Positions 18,648-25,316 of a DNA stretch of 64,000 nt are shown here, piece by piece. Position 1 is the stretch's first letter. Every line of letters begins with the position of its first letter. The notes beneath the pieces are model-generated. The model saw nothing but the letters and a program-made list of their open reading frames with translations, had not been told where the DNA came from and did not search any database. The position numbers and the translations under genes are program-made. Source of the DNA: Bacilli bacterium (GTDB taxonomy: Bacteria > Bacillota_I > Bacilli_A > RF39 > UBA660); assembly GCA_017472015.1 (NCBI GenBank), contig JAFURC010000049.1, forward strand, positions 22,220 to 86,219, read 5' to 3'.

Positions 18648-19118
18648 ATGAGTGAGAATTTAAAAAAGATAATAGATTTAGAAGAAGAACTTGCTAATTT
18701 TCTTGAAAAACAAATTGATGCAAATGATAAAAAATGTGAAAATATTATTTTAAATATTTCTAAATTATTAGAAAAAATTAATAATGAAGAATTAATTTAT
18801 ATACTTTTAAATATGGAATATATTCATAGAGTAATAAATGTTTCAGCTTATTTTAAAAAATATAAAATTAATAAAAAGAAAATTAAAGAAGAAAATTCTT
18901 ACAAGGAAACATTCAAAAAACTCGGGTTTTTCGTTGAGAGAATAAGAGAATGTTCTATTTGTGAAGAAGAATATATGTATATTTGCAACAAATGTGATGT
19001 TGATAATGTTGCCAATTATCTGCTTACTAATATGTCTAATGAAGATATCATGACTTTATCCCATGAAAGTGATGATTGGAATTATAAATTATTTTTATTT
19101 GAAAACTTAAAAAAATAG
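18648..19118 (+). CDS. Hypothetical Cys-containing protein
   Basis: ATG 18648 after GGTGG (the track start 18597 overlaps ymcA); CSICEEEYMYICNKCD. Confidence 0.5.
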   Translation: MSENLKKIIDLEEELANFLEKQIDANDKKCENIILNISKLLEKINNEELIYILLNMEYIHRVINVSAYFKKYKINKKKIKEENSYKETFKKLGFFVERIRECSICEEEYMYICNKCDVDNVANYLLTNMSNEDIMTLSHESDDWNYKLFLFENLKK

Positions 19119-19127
19119 TTTTCTAAT

Positions 19128-19202
19128 GTCCTCATAGTATAACGGATAGTACAAATCCCTCCTAAGGATTAAATGTAGGTTCGATTCCTACTGGGGACGC
19201 CA
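19128..19202 (+). tRNA. tRNA-Arg (anticodon CCU)
   Basis: Hand-folded cloverleaf: acceptor GTCCTCA/TGGGGAC, D stem GTAT/GTAC, anticodon stem AATCC/GGATT with loop CTCCTAA, T arm GTAGG-TTCGATT-CCTAC, encoded CCA. Confidence 0.9.
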
Positions 19203-19203
19203 T
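19185..19203 (+). repeat. attL core (TTCCTACTGGGGACGCCAT), the 3' end of tRNA-Arg
   Basis: Identical to 54528-54546. Confidence 0.85.
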
Positions 19204-19214
19204 ATTGATTTTAT

Positions 19215-19238
19215 CCCTTGATTTACAAGGGTTTTATT
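19215..19238 (+). terminator. Phage-supplied terminator for the regenerated tRNA
   Basis: CCCTTG/CAAGGG stem, loop ATTTA, TTTTATT. Confidence 0.6.
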
Positions 19239-19253
19239 ATATTTAAAATTAAA

Positions 19254-19274
19254 TTACCTCTTATTTACCTCTTA
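19254..19274 (+). repeat. Tandem TTACCTCTTA x2 (11-bp phasing), candidate arm-type Int sites
   Basis: Direct reading; related pair at 54404-54424. Confidence 0.4.
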
Positions 19275-19278
19275 ATTT

Positions 19279-20466
19279 TTATTTTTTTAATTTATTTATA
19301 ACATCAATAGTGTGTTTTTTCTTATCAGGAAACATGTGGTAATAAGTTCTTTCAACTTCTGTTGGAGTGTCTCCAATTCTTTCTGCAACTTCATATACAT
19401 CACAACCTAAATAGATAAGCAAAGATACATGACTATGTCTAAATCCATGTGGAGTTATTTTTTTAACTTTAGCATTATTGATATATTCTTCTAGTTTTCT
19501 TCTAAAAGTTGTTTTAGCAAAAAATCTAACATTACCAAATATAAAGAAGTTATTGTTAAATCCATATATTTTTTCTTCAATTTCTTTATGTTTTTGTAAC
19601 AGCATAATTAACTGATCATCTAAATTTACTATTCTAAATGAGTTTTTAGTTTTAGGATCGGTTATAATATAATCTTTTCCCTCTATCACTTTTAATTTTT
19701 TTTTATTGGCTTCTTCAATCATAGGCTTAAAGTCTTTTTTTTCAAATTTTGTAGTTAAAGTTTTGTTGATGCTTATCGTTTTTCTTTCAAAGTTAATATC
19801 ATTCCAATTTAAAGCATTAAATTCTCCGAAACGTAATCCTGTATAGTAAAGAAAGTTAAACATCAAATAATAAACGTCATTATCTACTACTTCAATGAAT
19901 TTTTGAAATTCTTCATAAGTCCAAAAATTCTTTTCACTATCCCTTGTGTCGCTACTTTTTTCAACTTTTTGTTTAATAATTTTTGAAGTAACTTTTCTAT
20001 CAAAATCATAATTGTTTTCAGCATATTCTAAAATTTCTTTCATTATCGAAATGATTCTATTTTTTTCGTCTAATCCAATGTTAGTTAAACCCAAAATATA
20101 ATTGTTCCATTTTGTGATAATATTGATTTTTATACTATGTAATTTATAGTCTTTAAAATAACTTAATATATATTTATTAGCCGTTAATTTTCTTGAGTAG
20201 AATGTTGAAGATTTTATAAAACTTTTTTTATATATCAACCATCCATTATATACATCTGCAAAAGAAATACTAATGTCCGAAATATCTTTTTTCGATACAG
20301 TTGTTAAAAACTCTCTTTCAGCATTCTTAGCTTCACTAGAAGTTAAAAACATTTTAGATACTTTTTGTTTTCTATTACCATACATATCGGTATAGTAGCA
20401 TTTATAATAATAATGCCTACCATCTTTAGTCCATTTATTTTTATTTTTTTCATTGTAAACTGCCAT
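19279..20466 (-). CDS. int: Tyrosine integrase
   Basis: HGFRHSHVSLL and ERTYYHM catalytic motifs; GGAGG RBS 8 nt before ATG at 20466 (track start 20481 is TTG); adjacent to attL. Confidence 0.9.
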   Translation of the reverse strand: MAVYNEKNKNKWTKDGRHYYYKCYYTDMYGNRKQKVSKMFLTSSEAKNAEREFLTTVSKKDISDISISFADVYNGWLIYKKSFIKSSTFYSRKLTANKYILSYFKDYKLHSIKINIITKWNNYILGLTNIGLDEKNRIISIMKEILEYAENNYDFDRKVTSKIIKQKVEKSSDTRDSEKNFWTYEEFQKFIEVVDNDVYYLMFNFLYYTGLRFGEFNALNWNDINFERKTISINKTLTTKFEKKDFKPMIEEANKKKLKVIEGKDYIITDPKTKNSFRIVNLDDQLIMLLQKHKEIEEKIYGFNNNFFIFGNVRFFAKTTFRRKLEEYINNAKVKKITPHGFRHSHVSLLIYLGCDVYEVAERIGDTPTEVERTYYHMFPDKKKHTIDVINKLKK

Positions 20467-20484
20467 AAATTTTACCTCCAATTA

Positions 20485-20513
20485 TTTACTTTATTTATGT
20501 TATTTGCTATAAT
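20485..20513 (+). promoter_or_regulatory. Strong promoter divergent from int
   Basis: TTTACT, 17-nt spacer, extended -10 TGcTATAAT. Confidence 0.5.
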
Positions 20514-20519
20514 TAGAGC

Positions 20520-20605
20520 ATAGAAAAAGAATTGTCTGACCGACTATTTAATTTCTATACCCCTATTGGGTTGATCTCGTATTACCAGTACGAGGTCTTT
20601 TTTTT
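20520..20605 (+). ncRNA. Candidate ~85-nt small RNA bounded by a promoter and a terminator
   Basis: No ATG or RBS; ends in a 9-bp hairpin GATCTCGTA/TACGAGGTC (20573-20597) followed by T8. Confidence 0.4.
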
Positions 20606-20847
20606 ACCTATTATATCAATTTTTTTTGATGTGTCAATTTTTAATTTGGTAAATTTTGTTTGTGTTTTATTAATTTTGTCCCTTTTAAGCAATAAAATGT
20701 GCATTTAACGCAAGTTTTTTGCTCTAACATAATTTTTAATTTAAAATAAAATAGGGGTGTAGTTTGAAAAATCTAAAAAAGTTCTATAAATATCTAAAAA
20801 AACATAATTATTATTACAATTTTATAAAGTTATTAGTAGGACAAATT

Positions 20848-20875
20848 AAAAAGCACCAATAAAAGGTGCTTTATC
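20848..20875 (-). terminator. Terminator after the PBECR-like gene
   Basis: AGCACC/GGTGCT stem flanked by an A-run and a T-run. Confidence 0.55.
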
Positions 20876-20890
20876 TATTAATGCCTGCTA

Positions 20891-21277
20891 TCATTCAATT
20901 CCTACTACATACTTATTATAATACTTGTTTTTTCTTTTATTTTCCAATTTTGTTTGTTTAACAGGGAAAAGTGTTTTCATTTTTAATTCTCTTCCAGGTT
21001 CAACCTTTACTCTTATAGTAATTCCTAATTCATCAAAAAATTTATAATACTCAAGTGTATCTTTTGCTTTAACATAGAAAACTTCATCAGGATTTGAAAT
21101 TATATAATCAAGATTTGTCATAACATAATAAAAAGATTCTTTAGAAGGAAATTCGTCCATATGCTTTTTACAATGTCTTTTATCATTATCATATAAAACA
21201 ATAGGTTTATTAGAATGTTCAGGTATATTATTATCTAGTGCTATTTTTTTACTAACTCGTCCTAATATTTGTTTCAT
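20891..21277 (-). CDS. PBECR-like (phage Barnase/EndoU/colicin-E5/RelE-type) nuclease-fold protein, 128 aa
   Basis: GAGAGG RBS before ATG 21277; IVLYDNDKRHCKKHMDEF...LDYIISNPDEVFYV...ITIRVKVEPG...KTLFPV pattern recalled from PBECR families; the track's N-terminal extension covers a terminator hairpin. Confidence 0.45.
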   Translation of the reverse strand: MKQILGRVSKKIALDNNIPEHSNKPIVLYDNDKRHCKKHMDEFPSKESFYYVMTNLDYIISNPDEVFYVKAKDTLEYYKFFDELGITIRVKVEPGRELKMKTLFPVKQTKLENKRKNKYYNKYVVGIE

Positions 21278-21290
21278 ATGTTTACCTCTC

Positions 21291-21317
21291 AAAAAGAAAG
21301 CCTGCAATAATGCAGGC
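21291..21317 (-). terminator. Terminator/attenuator hairpin immediately upstream of the PBECR RBS
   Basis: Minus strand reads GCCTGC-attatt-GCAGGC followed by TTTCTTTTT. Confidence 0.5.
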
Positions 21318-21491
21318 ATTGAATAATTAAGCCAGGCACAACTCTGGCATCCCATCGAATTTAAAAAATTCTACACTTAAGATATTTCTATCCGTAATAG
21401 TTAGTGACTTTCTACCTTTAGTTATTCAATTTAAGAATATCCATAGATATTCTATTAATATTATGTAATCGCCTTACTATAATATACATAA

Positions 21492-21520
21492 ATTATATCA
21501 CAATAAAATATAAATTGCAA
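21492..21520 (-). promoter_or_regulatory. Promoter for the PBECR leader
   Basis: Minus strand reads TTGCAA (21515-21520), 17-nt spacer, extended -10 TGaTATAAT. Confidence 0.5.
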
Positions 21521-21524
21521 TAAA
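21513..21524. promoter_or_regulatory. Operator-like 12-mer AATTGCAATAAA (O5) overlapping the -35
   Basis: Identical 12-mer at 23039-23050; 11/12 match at 23382-23393. Confidence 0.4.
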
Positions 21525-21574
21525 ACCTATGTCTAAGTATTATAGACTATTTTTTAGAAATGTCAAGCAATTTT

Positions 21575-21597
21575 TAAAAGCACTAGTTTTTAGTGCT
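21575..21597 (-). terminator. Weak terminator overlapping the stop codon of the Zn-ribbon gene
   Basis: AGCACTA/TAGTGCT stem, T4 on the minus strand. Confidence 0.35.
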
Positions 21598-22659
21598 TTC
21601 TTTGGTTAATTTTGTTTTTATATATTCAATGGTTTTTTCAGAATAATTACCATTTTTTTTATATTCTATATTGTCTTTGATATCTTTAACCAGAATATTA
21701 AACCTTTTTATATCTATATCAAATAATTCTAATAATTCTTTTCTAATGTATGGGTATTTAAATTTAAAATTATAGTAATCTTCTAAAGGCTTAATTTTGT
21801 TTTCATATCTATATTTGTATGGTATTTTTTGCTTTATAGAAAAATCTTTTTGATGTTTTATAAATTTATCTAAAACAGTTCTTGCGTTTTCAAAGTTCTT
21901 GTGTGTGATATAAAAACGACATAAATCTTCATATGCACCACCATTGTATTTAGATGCTTCTTTCATATAAAATTCATACAATTTATAATTCTTTTCTTTT
22001 GCGTATCCGTTTGCAATGTCTCTATATCTAATATAATGTTGGGCATTAATATAGTTTTGTTTATCAATGTCATCTATAAAACTATCATCTTCTGCTATAA
22101 TACCGTCATCTAAATATAATTTTGAATAATAAATTTTCTGTTTAGAAAAAGAAGAAGAATTTCCTTCGAATATTGTAGCCATAATACGTTTTTGTTGTGA
22201 CGTAATAGGTTTGCCACATAAACCAAATAAAATTAAATAGTTCATAAATCTACTAGTACAACCTTCAAAATATCCATATAACATATTTTCTGCTAAATCT
22301 GGGTTTGGGTGGAAATTATTTTGCATAAATATTTTCTTAGGTGTACTTTTGAAATATGTTTGATATTCGTCAAGAATTCCATTTTTTCTAAACATTTCTA
22401 TATATTCTTGTAAATTACCTGCATATTCTTTATATTGTAGTTGCAACATTTTAATTAAAGAAATTATAGACATATAGTCATCTAAGGTTGTATCATTTGT
22501 ATTTGCTATTTCAATATATTTTTCAATTAAATCACATAGTATTTCTTTTTCTGAGAAATTGTTATTAATTAAATTATTTTTTTTAATTTTAAAACCACAA
22601 TTAGCACAATAATTGTAGTTTTCTTTTATTTTATTTCCGCATTCTTCACAATAGTTCAT
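21583..22659 (-). CDS. Zn-ribbon protein with helical/TPR-like body (358 aa), function unknown
   Basis: N-terminal CEECGNKIKENYNYCANCG; lies in the lysogeny module downstream of cI. Confidence 0.6.
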   Translation of the reverse strand: MNYCEECGNKIKENYNYCANCGFKIKKNNLINNNFSEKEILCDLIEKYIEIANTNDTTLDDYMSIISLIKMLQLQYKEYAGNLQEYIEMFRKNGILDEYQTYFKSTPKKIFMQNNFHPNPDLAENMLYGYFEGCTSRFMNYLILFGLCGKPITSQQKRIMATIFEGNSSSFSKQKIYYSKLYLDDGIIAEDDSFIDDIDKQNYINAQHYIRYRDIANGYAKEKNYKLYEFYMKEASKYNGGAYEDLCRFYITHKNFENARTVLDKFIKHQKDFSIKQKIPYKYRYENKIKPLEDYYNFKFKYPYIRKELLELFDIDIKRFNILVKDIKDNIEYKKNGNYSEKTIEYIKTKLTKESTKN

Positions 22660-22668
22660 ATTAACTAC

Positions 22669-23025
22669 CTACTTATCATTTTTCAAAAATTCTTTATTAG
22701 CATTAACGAACTTCATTAATCTATCTAATTCTTCATCCGTTAAGTCTTCATCGTTTTCCATAAAACCAGATTTTTGAAGTATTTTTCTTAATATAGCTAA
22801 TTCCTCTGTTTCAGACATAGTTCTTTCATTTCCTATTAAAAAATCCACTGACACATCCAACAGTTTCGCCATTTCATAAACTACTTCGATTTTAGGTACA
22901 ATTAAATTATTTATATATCTTGAAAGTGTGGCTTCAGTTATTTCTAATTTATCAGCAAATTCTTTTTGACTGATATTTTTATTTTCAAGTAACGATTTTA
23001 GTCTAGCACCGAAATCCTTTCTCAT
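22669..23025 (-). CDS. CI-like repressor (XRE-family HTH)
   Basis: GGAGTG RBS before ATG 23025; ISQKEFADKLEITEATLSRYINN; divergent from the cro-like gene. Confidence 0.8.
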   Translation of the reverse strand: MRKDFGARLKSLLENKNISQKEFADKLEITEATLSRYINNLIVPKIEVVYEMAKLLDVSVDFLIGNERTMSETEELAILRKILQKSGFMENDEDLTDEELDRLMKFVNANKEFLKNDK

Positions 23026-23038
23026 ATTTATCACTCCT

Positions 23039-23060
23039 AATTGCAATAAATATAACATTA
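23039..23060. promoter_or_regulatory. Operator-like site O1 (AATTGCAATAAATATAACATTA)
   Basis: Near-identical to O3. Confidence 0.45.
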
Positions 23061-23105
23061 TTAATTAAAAAAATAACAAAAATTACAAAAAATATAATTT
23101 TACTA

Positions 23106-23134
23106 TTGACAAATTGCATTAAGTATAATAGAAT
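23106..23134 (+). promoter_or_regulatory. Rightward early promoter
   Basis: TTGACA, 17-nt spacer, TAGAAT; overlaps O2. Confidence 0.55.
23112..23133. promoter_or_regulatory. Operator-like site O2 (AATTGCATTAAGTATAATAGAA)
   Basis: Shares ATTGCA..TATAA with O1, O3 and O4. Confidence 0.35.
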
Positions 23135-23179
23135 TGAATTATCTTGCAAAAGATGAAAGAATACAAGGAGGTGAAAAAA

Positions 23180-23380
23180 ATGAAAAGTTTAGAATTAGTT
23201 GCTGAAAGAAATAGAAAAGGATTAAGGCAAAATGACATCTCTAAACTTCTTAATCTTTCTATAATTCAATATGGTAAAAAAGAGAGAGGTCAAGTTGATT
23301 TTACAATAAGTGAAGTAAAAAAAATCAAGAATATACTAAATTTAGATGCTAATCGAATTATAGAAATTTTTTTAACTTAA
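23180..23380 (+). CDS. Cro-like XRE HTH regulator
   Basis: AAGGAGG RBS before ATG 23180; GLRQNDISKLLNLSIIQYGKKERG. Confidence 0.75.
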   Translation: MKSLELVAERNRKGLRQNDISKLLNLSIIQYGKKERGQVDFTISEVKKIKNILNLDANRIIEIFLT

Positions 23381-23381
23381 T

Positions 23382-23404
23382 AATTGCAATAATTATAATG
23401 TTAT
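23382..23404. promoter_or_regulatory. Operator-like site O3 (AATTGCAATAATTATAATGTTAT), downstream of cro
   Basis: Matches O1 at about 19 of 22 positions. Confidence 0.45.
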
Positions 23405-23411
23405 AAAAAAA

Positions 23412-23427
23412 TATTGCATATTATAAC
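23412..23427. promoter_or_regulatory. Operator-like site O4 (TATTGCATATTATAAC)
   Basis: Degenerate copy of the same motif. Confidence 0.3.
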
Positions 23428-23477
23428 ACTAAATAGCAAAAGTGTCAAAAGAAAGAGGAATAAAGGAGTAAAAGAAT

Positions 23478-23723
23478 ATGGGAAAAGAAATATCAATAAC
23501 TACTAATTTATTTATTAACAAAGATGAAATAGTAAATGAAATAATTACACTTGAAACTTTGAAAAATAATTTAGTAAAGAAATTAAATGAAAATATTGGA
23601 TATTTAGATAGTTATAAAAGTGAAATAGAATTATTAAAAATAATTTTAGAAAATCAATTATTAAATGAAAAAGAAAAAGAACCAGCTCGTTGTACAGCTG
23701 ATTACAAATATAGTTTGGATTAA
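23478..23723 (+). CDS. Hypothetical coiled-coil protein
   Basis: AAGGAG RBS; no motif recognised. Confidence 0.55.
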   Translation: MGKEISITTNLFINKDEIVNEIITLETLKNNLVKKLNENIGYLDSYKSEIELLKIILENQLLNEKEKEPARCTADYKYSLD

Positions 23724-23980
23724 TCGTTAATCCAATTCCATTGATTTTTATTAAGCCAACCTTGTTCGTTGTTGGTATTAATTTCGACTATTATTAATTT
23801 ATCATCATCATCTATTTGGGGTTTTAAATTATCAAAAATATTTTGTGCAGATGAAGAACTTTTGATAATCCAAGTAGAATATAAGATTTTTATGCAATTA
23901 TATTTTTCAATAGCGTTAATTAATCCATCATAATTTTTACCTGACTTGTTTAAATCATAGGAAATTATATACTTTTTCAA
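23720..23980 (-). CDS. Small ferredoxin-like (Cas2/VapD-like pattern) protein, oriented opposite to the early operon
   Basis: AAAGGAGGA RBS 5 nt before TTG 23980; KKYIISYDLNKSGKNYDGLINAIEK...LYSTWIIKSSSSAQNIF...DKLIIVEI...GWL. Confidence 0.5.
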   Translation of the reverse strand: MKKYIISYDLNKSGKNYDGLINAIEKYNCIKILYSTWIIKSSSSAQNIFDNLKPQIDDDDKLIIVEINTNNEQGWLNKNQWNWIND

Positions 23981-24072
23981 AACAAATCCTCCTTTCATTA
24001 ATATTAGTAGTAAAACTACTTAGTTAATTATTGTAAAGGAGAGAAAAAATAAAATCAATAGGAGGAATAGAA

Positions 24073-24336
24073 ATGGAAAAAAATAATCGGTCAGACAAAA
24101 AAATTAATGCAAAAGATTTACTACAACTATTAAGTAGTCAATGGGCAACAACTGAAGATGTTATGAAAATAGGTGGAGTAGGTAGAGATAAAGCATTAGA
24201 TATAAAAAATGAAATAAAAGAGAACTTGGAAGAACAGGGATATAGAATGGCAAGAAAATTAGTTCCAATGGAAGAAGTTGTAAGATATTTCAAAATTAAT
24301 ATTAATTATTTAAAGAAAATAAGTGGTGAGAAGTAA
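24073..24336 (+). CDS. Hypothetical protein, DUF3173-like pattern (possible DNA-binding or excision accessory)
   Basis: AGGAGG RBS; INAKDLLQLL...GRDKALDIKNEIKENLEEQGY...LVPMEEVVRYF. Confidence 0.55.
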   Translation: MEKNNRSDKKINAKDLLQLLSSQWATTEDVMKIGGVGRDKALDIKNEIKENLEEQGYRMARKLVPMEEVVRYFKININYLKKISGEK

Positions 24337-24557
24337 TGAAGAGAATAAATTGGAAGAATGTTAGTTATTTATTAATGTTATTAGTTAGTTTAAGTGTTAT
24401 ATTACATGACTTTTATAGACTAGCACTAGAACCTATTTTTACGGGTTATTTAACGAGTTTAACATGGTTTGGTGTAATTACACTAGGAATAAGTTTTATA
24501 GCACTAGATAAGAGTTTTAGTCAATTAAAAAGTGCATGGATCAGATGCACTCAATAA
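24336..24557 (+). CDS. Small two-TM membrane protein
   Basis: Two hydrophobic helices; ATGA overlap with the upstream gene. Confidence 0.55.
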   Translation: MKRINWKNVSYLLMLLVSLSVILHDFYRLALEPIFTGYLTSLTWFGVITLGISFIALDKSFSQLKSAWIRCTQ

Positions 24558-24643
24558 ATAACATATAAAAATTATTTACGGCTAGATTATAACATGATTT
24601 AGCCCAAAATGCAAATTGGGTTTGGTTGGGAATAGGAGAATAA

Positions 24644-25300
24644 ATGAAAGATAGTTTTGTTTTCTATAAAAGTTTTTTTGATGCACTACAAGATTTAAAG
24701 GATAAAGATCGTTTAAAAGTTTATGATGCTATATGCAATTTAGCACTAAATGATGAAGATACAAAGTTATCAGGAATAGCAAAAACTATATTTACATTAA
24801 TTAAACCACAGGTTTTGGCTAATAAGAAAAGATACGAAAATGGAAAGAAAGGTGGAAGACCAAAAAAAGAAACCAATGGTTTTCAAAAAATAAAAACCAA
24901 TGGTTTTAAAAGTGACGAAACCAAAACAAAACCTAATGAAAATGTAAATGAAAATGAAAATGTAAATGTAAATGAAAATGGTTTAGGTTTTTCATTACAA
25001 CATAAAAGAATTATTGATTTATTTCAAGAAAACGGAATTTTGTATTTTAACACGCCTGTTGAATTTAACATTGTTAGAAGATTAGTAGATGTAGAAGAAG
25101 AAATGATTGTAGAAAGTATAGAAGATGCCAAAATCCAAAATAAATGTACTTTTAATTATGTTTACGGGGTTGTAAGAAATAAACTAAGGGAATTTAAAAA
25201 AGTTAAATCAGATTTTAAAATGCCTACTTGGTTTGACGAAAAAATTGAAAAAGACACAGAGGGTTTAGAAGAGTTAAATGATATTTTAAAAGATTTTTAG
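24644..25300 (+). CDS. Replication-initiation protein with a DnaD-type C-terminal domain
   Basis: N-terminal FYKSFFDAL...KKGGRPKK; C-terminal IIDLFQENG...NYVYGVVRNKL; position in the early operon. Confidence 0.55.
   Translation: MKDSFVFYKSFFDALQDLKDKDRLKVYDAICNLALNDEDTKLSGIAKTIFTLIKPQVLANKKRYENGKKGGRPKKETNGFQKIKTNGFKSDETKTKPNENVNENENVNVNENGLGFSLQHKRIIDLFQENGILYFNTPVEFNIVRRLVDVEEEMIVESIEDAKIQNKCTFNYVYGVVRNKLREFKKVKSDFKMPTWFDEKIEKDTEGLEELNDILKDF
24935..24982 (+). repeat. Eight tandem AATG(A/T)A hexamers (coding NENVNENENVNVNENG)
   Basis: Direct reading; preceded by two copies of AAACCAATGGTTTT (24870-24908). Confidence 0.85.
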
Positions 25301-25316
25301 GAGGAGAATTAGGAAT

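Noticed and set aside
20764-20862. 32-codon TTG-start ORF (MKNLKKFYKYLKKHNYYYNFIKLLVGQIKKHQ) between the sRNA candidate and the PBECR gene
   Set aside because: The GGGGTG lies only 3-4 nt from the TTG, and the ORF runs into the terminator hairpin of the convergent gene. The evidence is too weak to call.
21278-21355. N-terminal 26-aa extension of ORF 20891..21355 (MGCQSCAWLNYSMPALLQAFFLRGKH)
   Set aside because: This stretch is the GC-rich leader hairpins and terminator. A GAGAGG RBS precedes the internal ATG at 21277.
21278-21520. Type III (ToxIN-like) toxin-antitoxin interpretation of the PBECR leader
   Set aside because: The layout of promoter, RNA, terminator and nuclease fits, but I could not find the tandem direct repeats that define type III antitoxin RNAs. 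It is kept only as an alternative in the finding.
24935-24982. Possible CRISPR array or non-coding tandem repeats
   Set aside because: The only tandem arrays are 6-bp coding repeats within a gene and the 10-11-bp 0A-box triplet. There is no repeat-spacer architecture and there are no cas genes.
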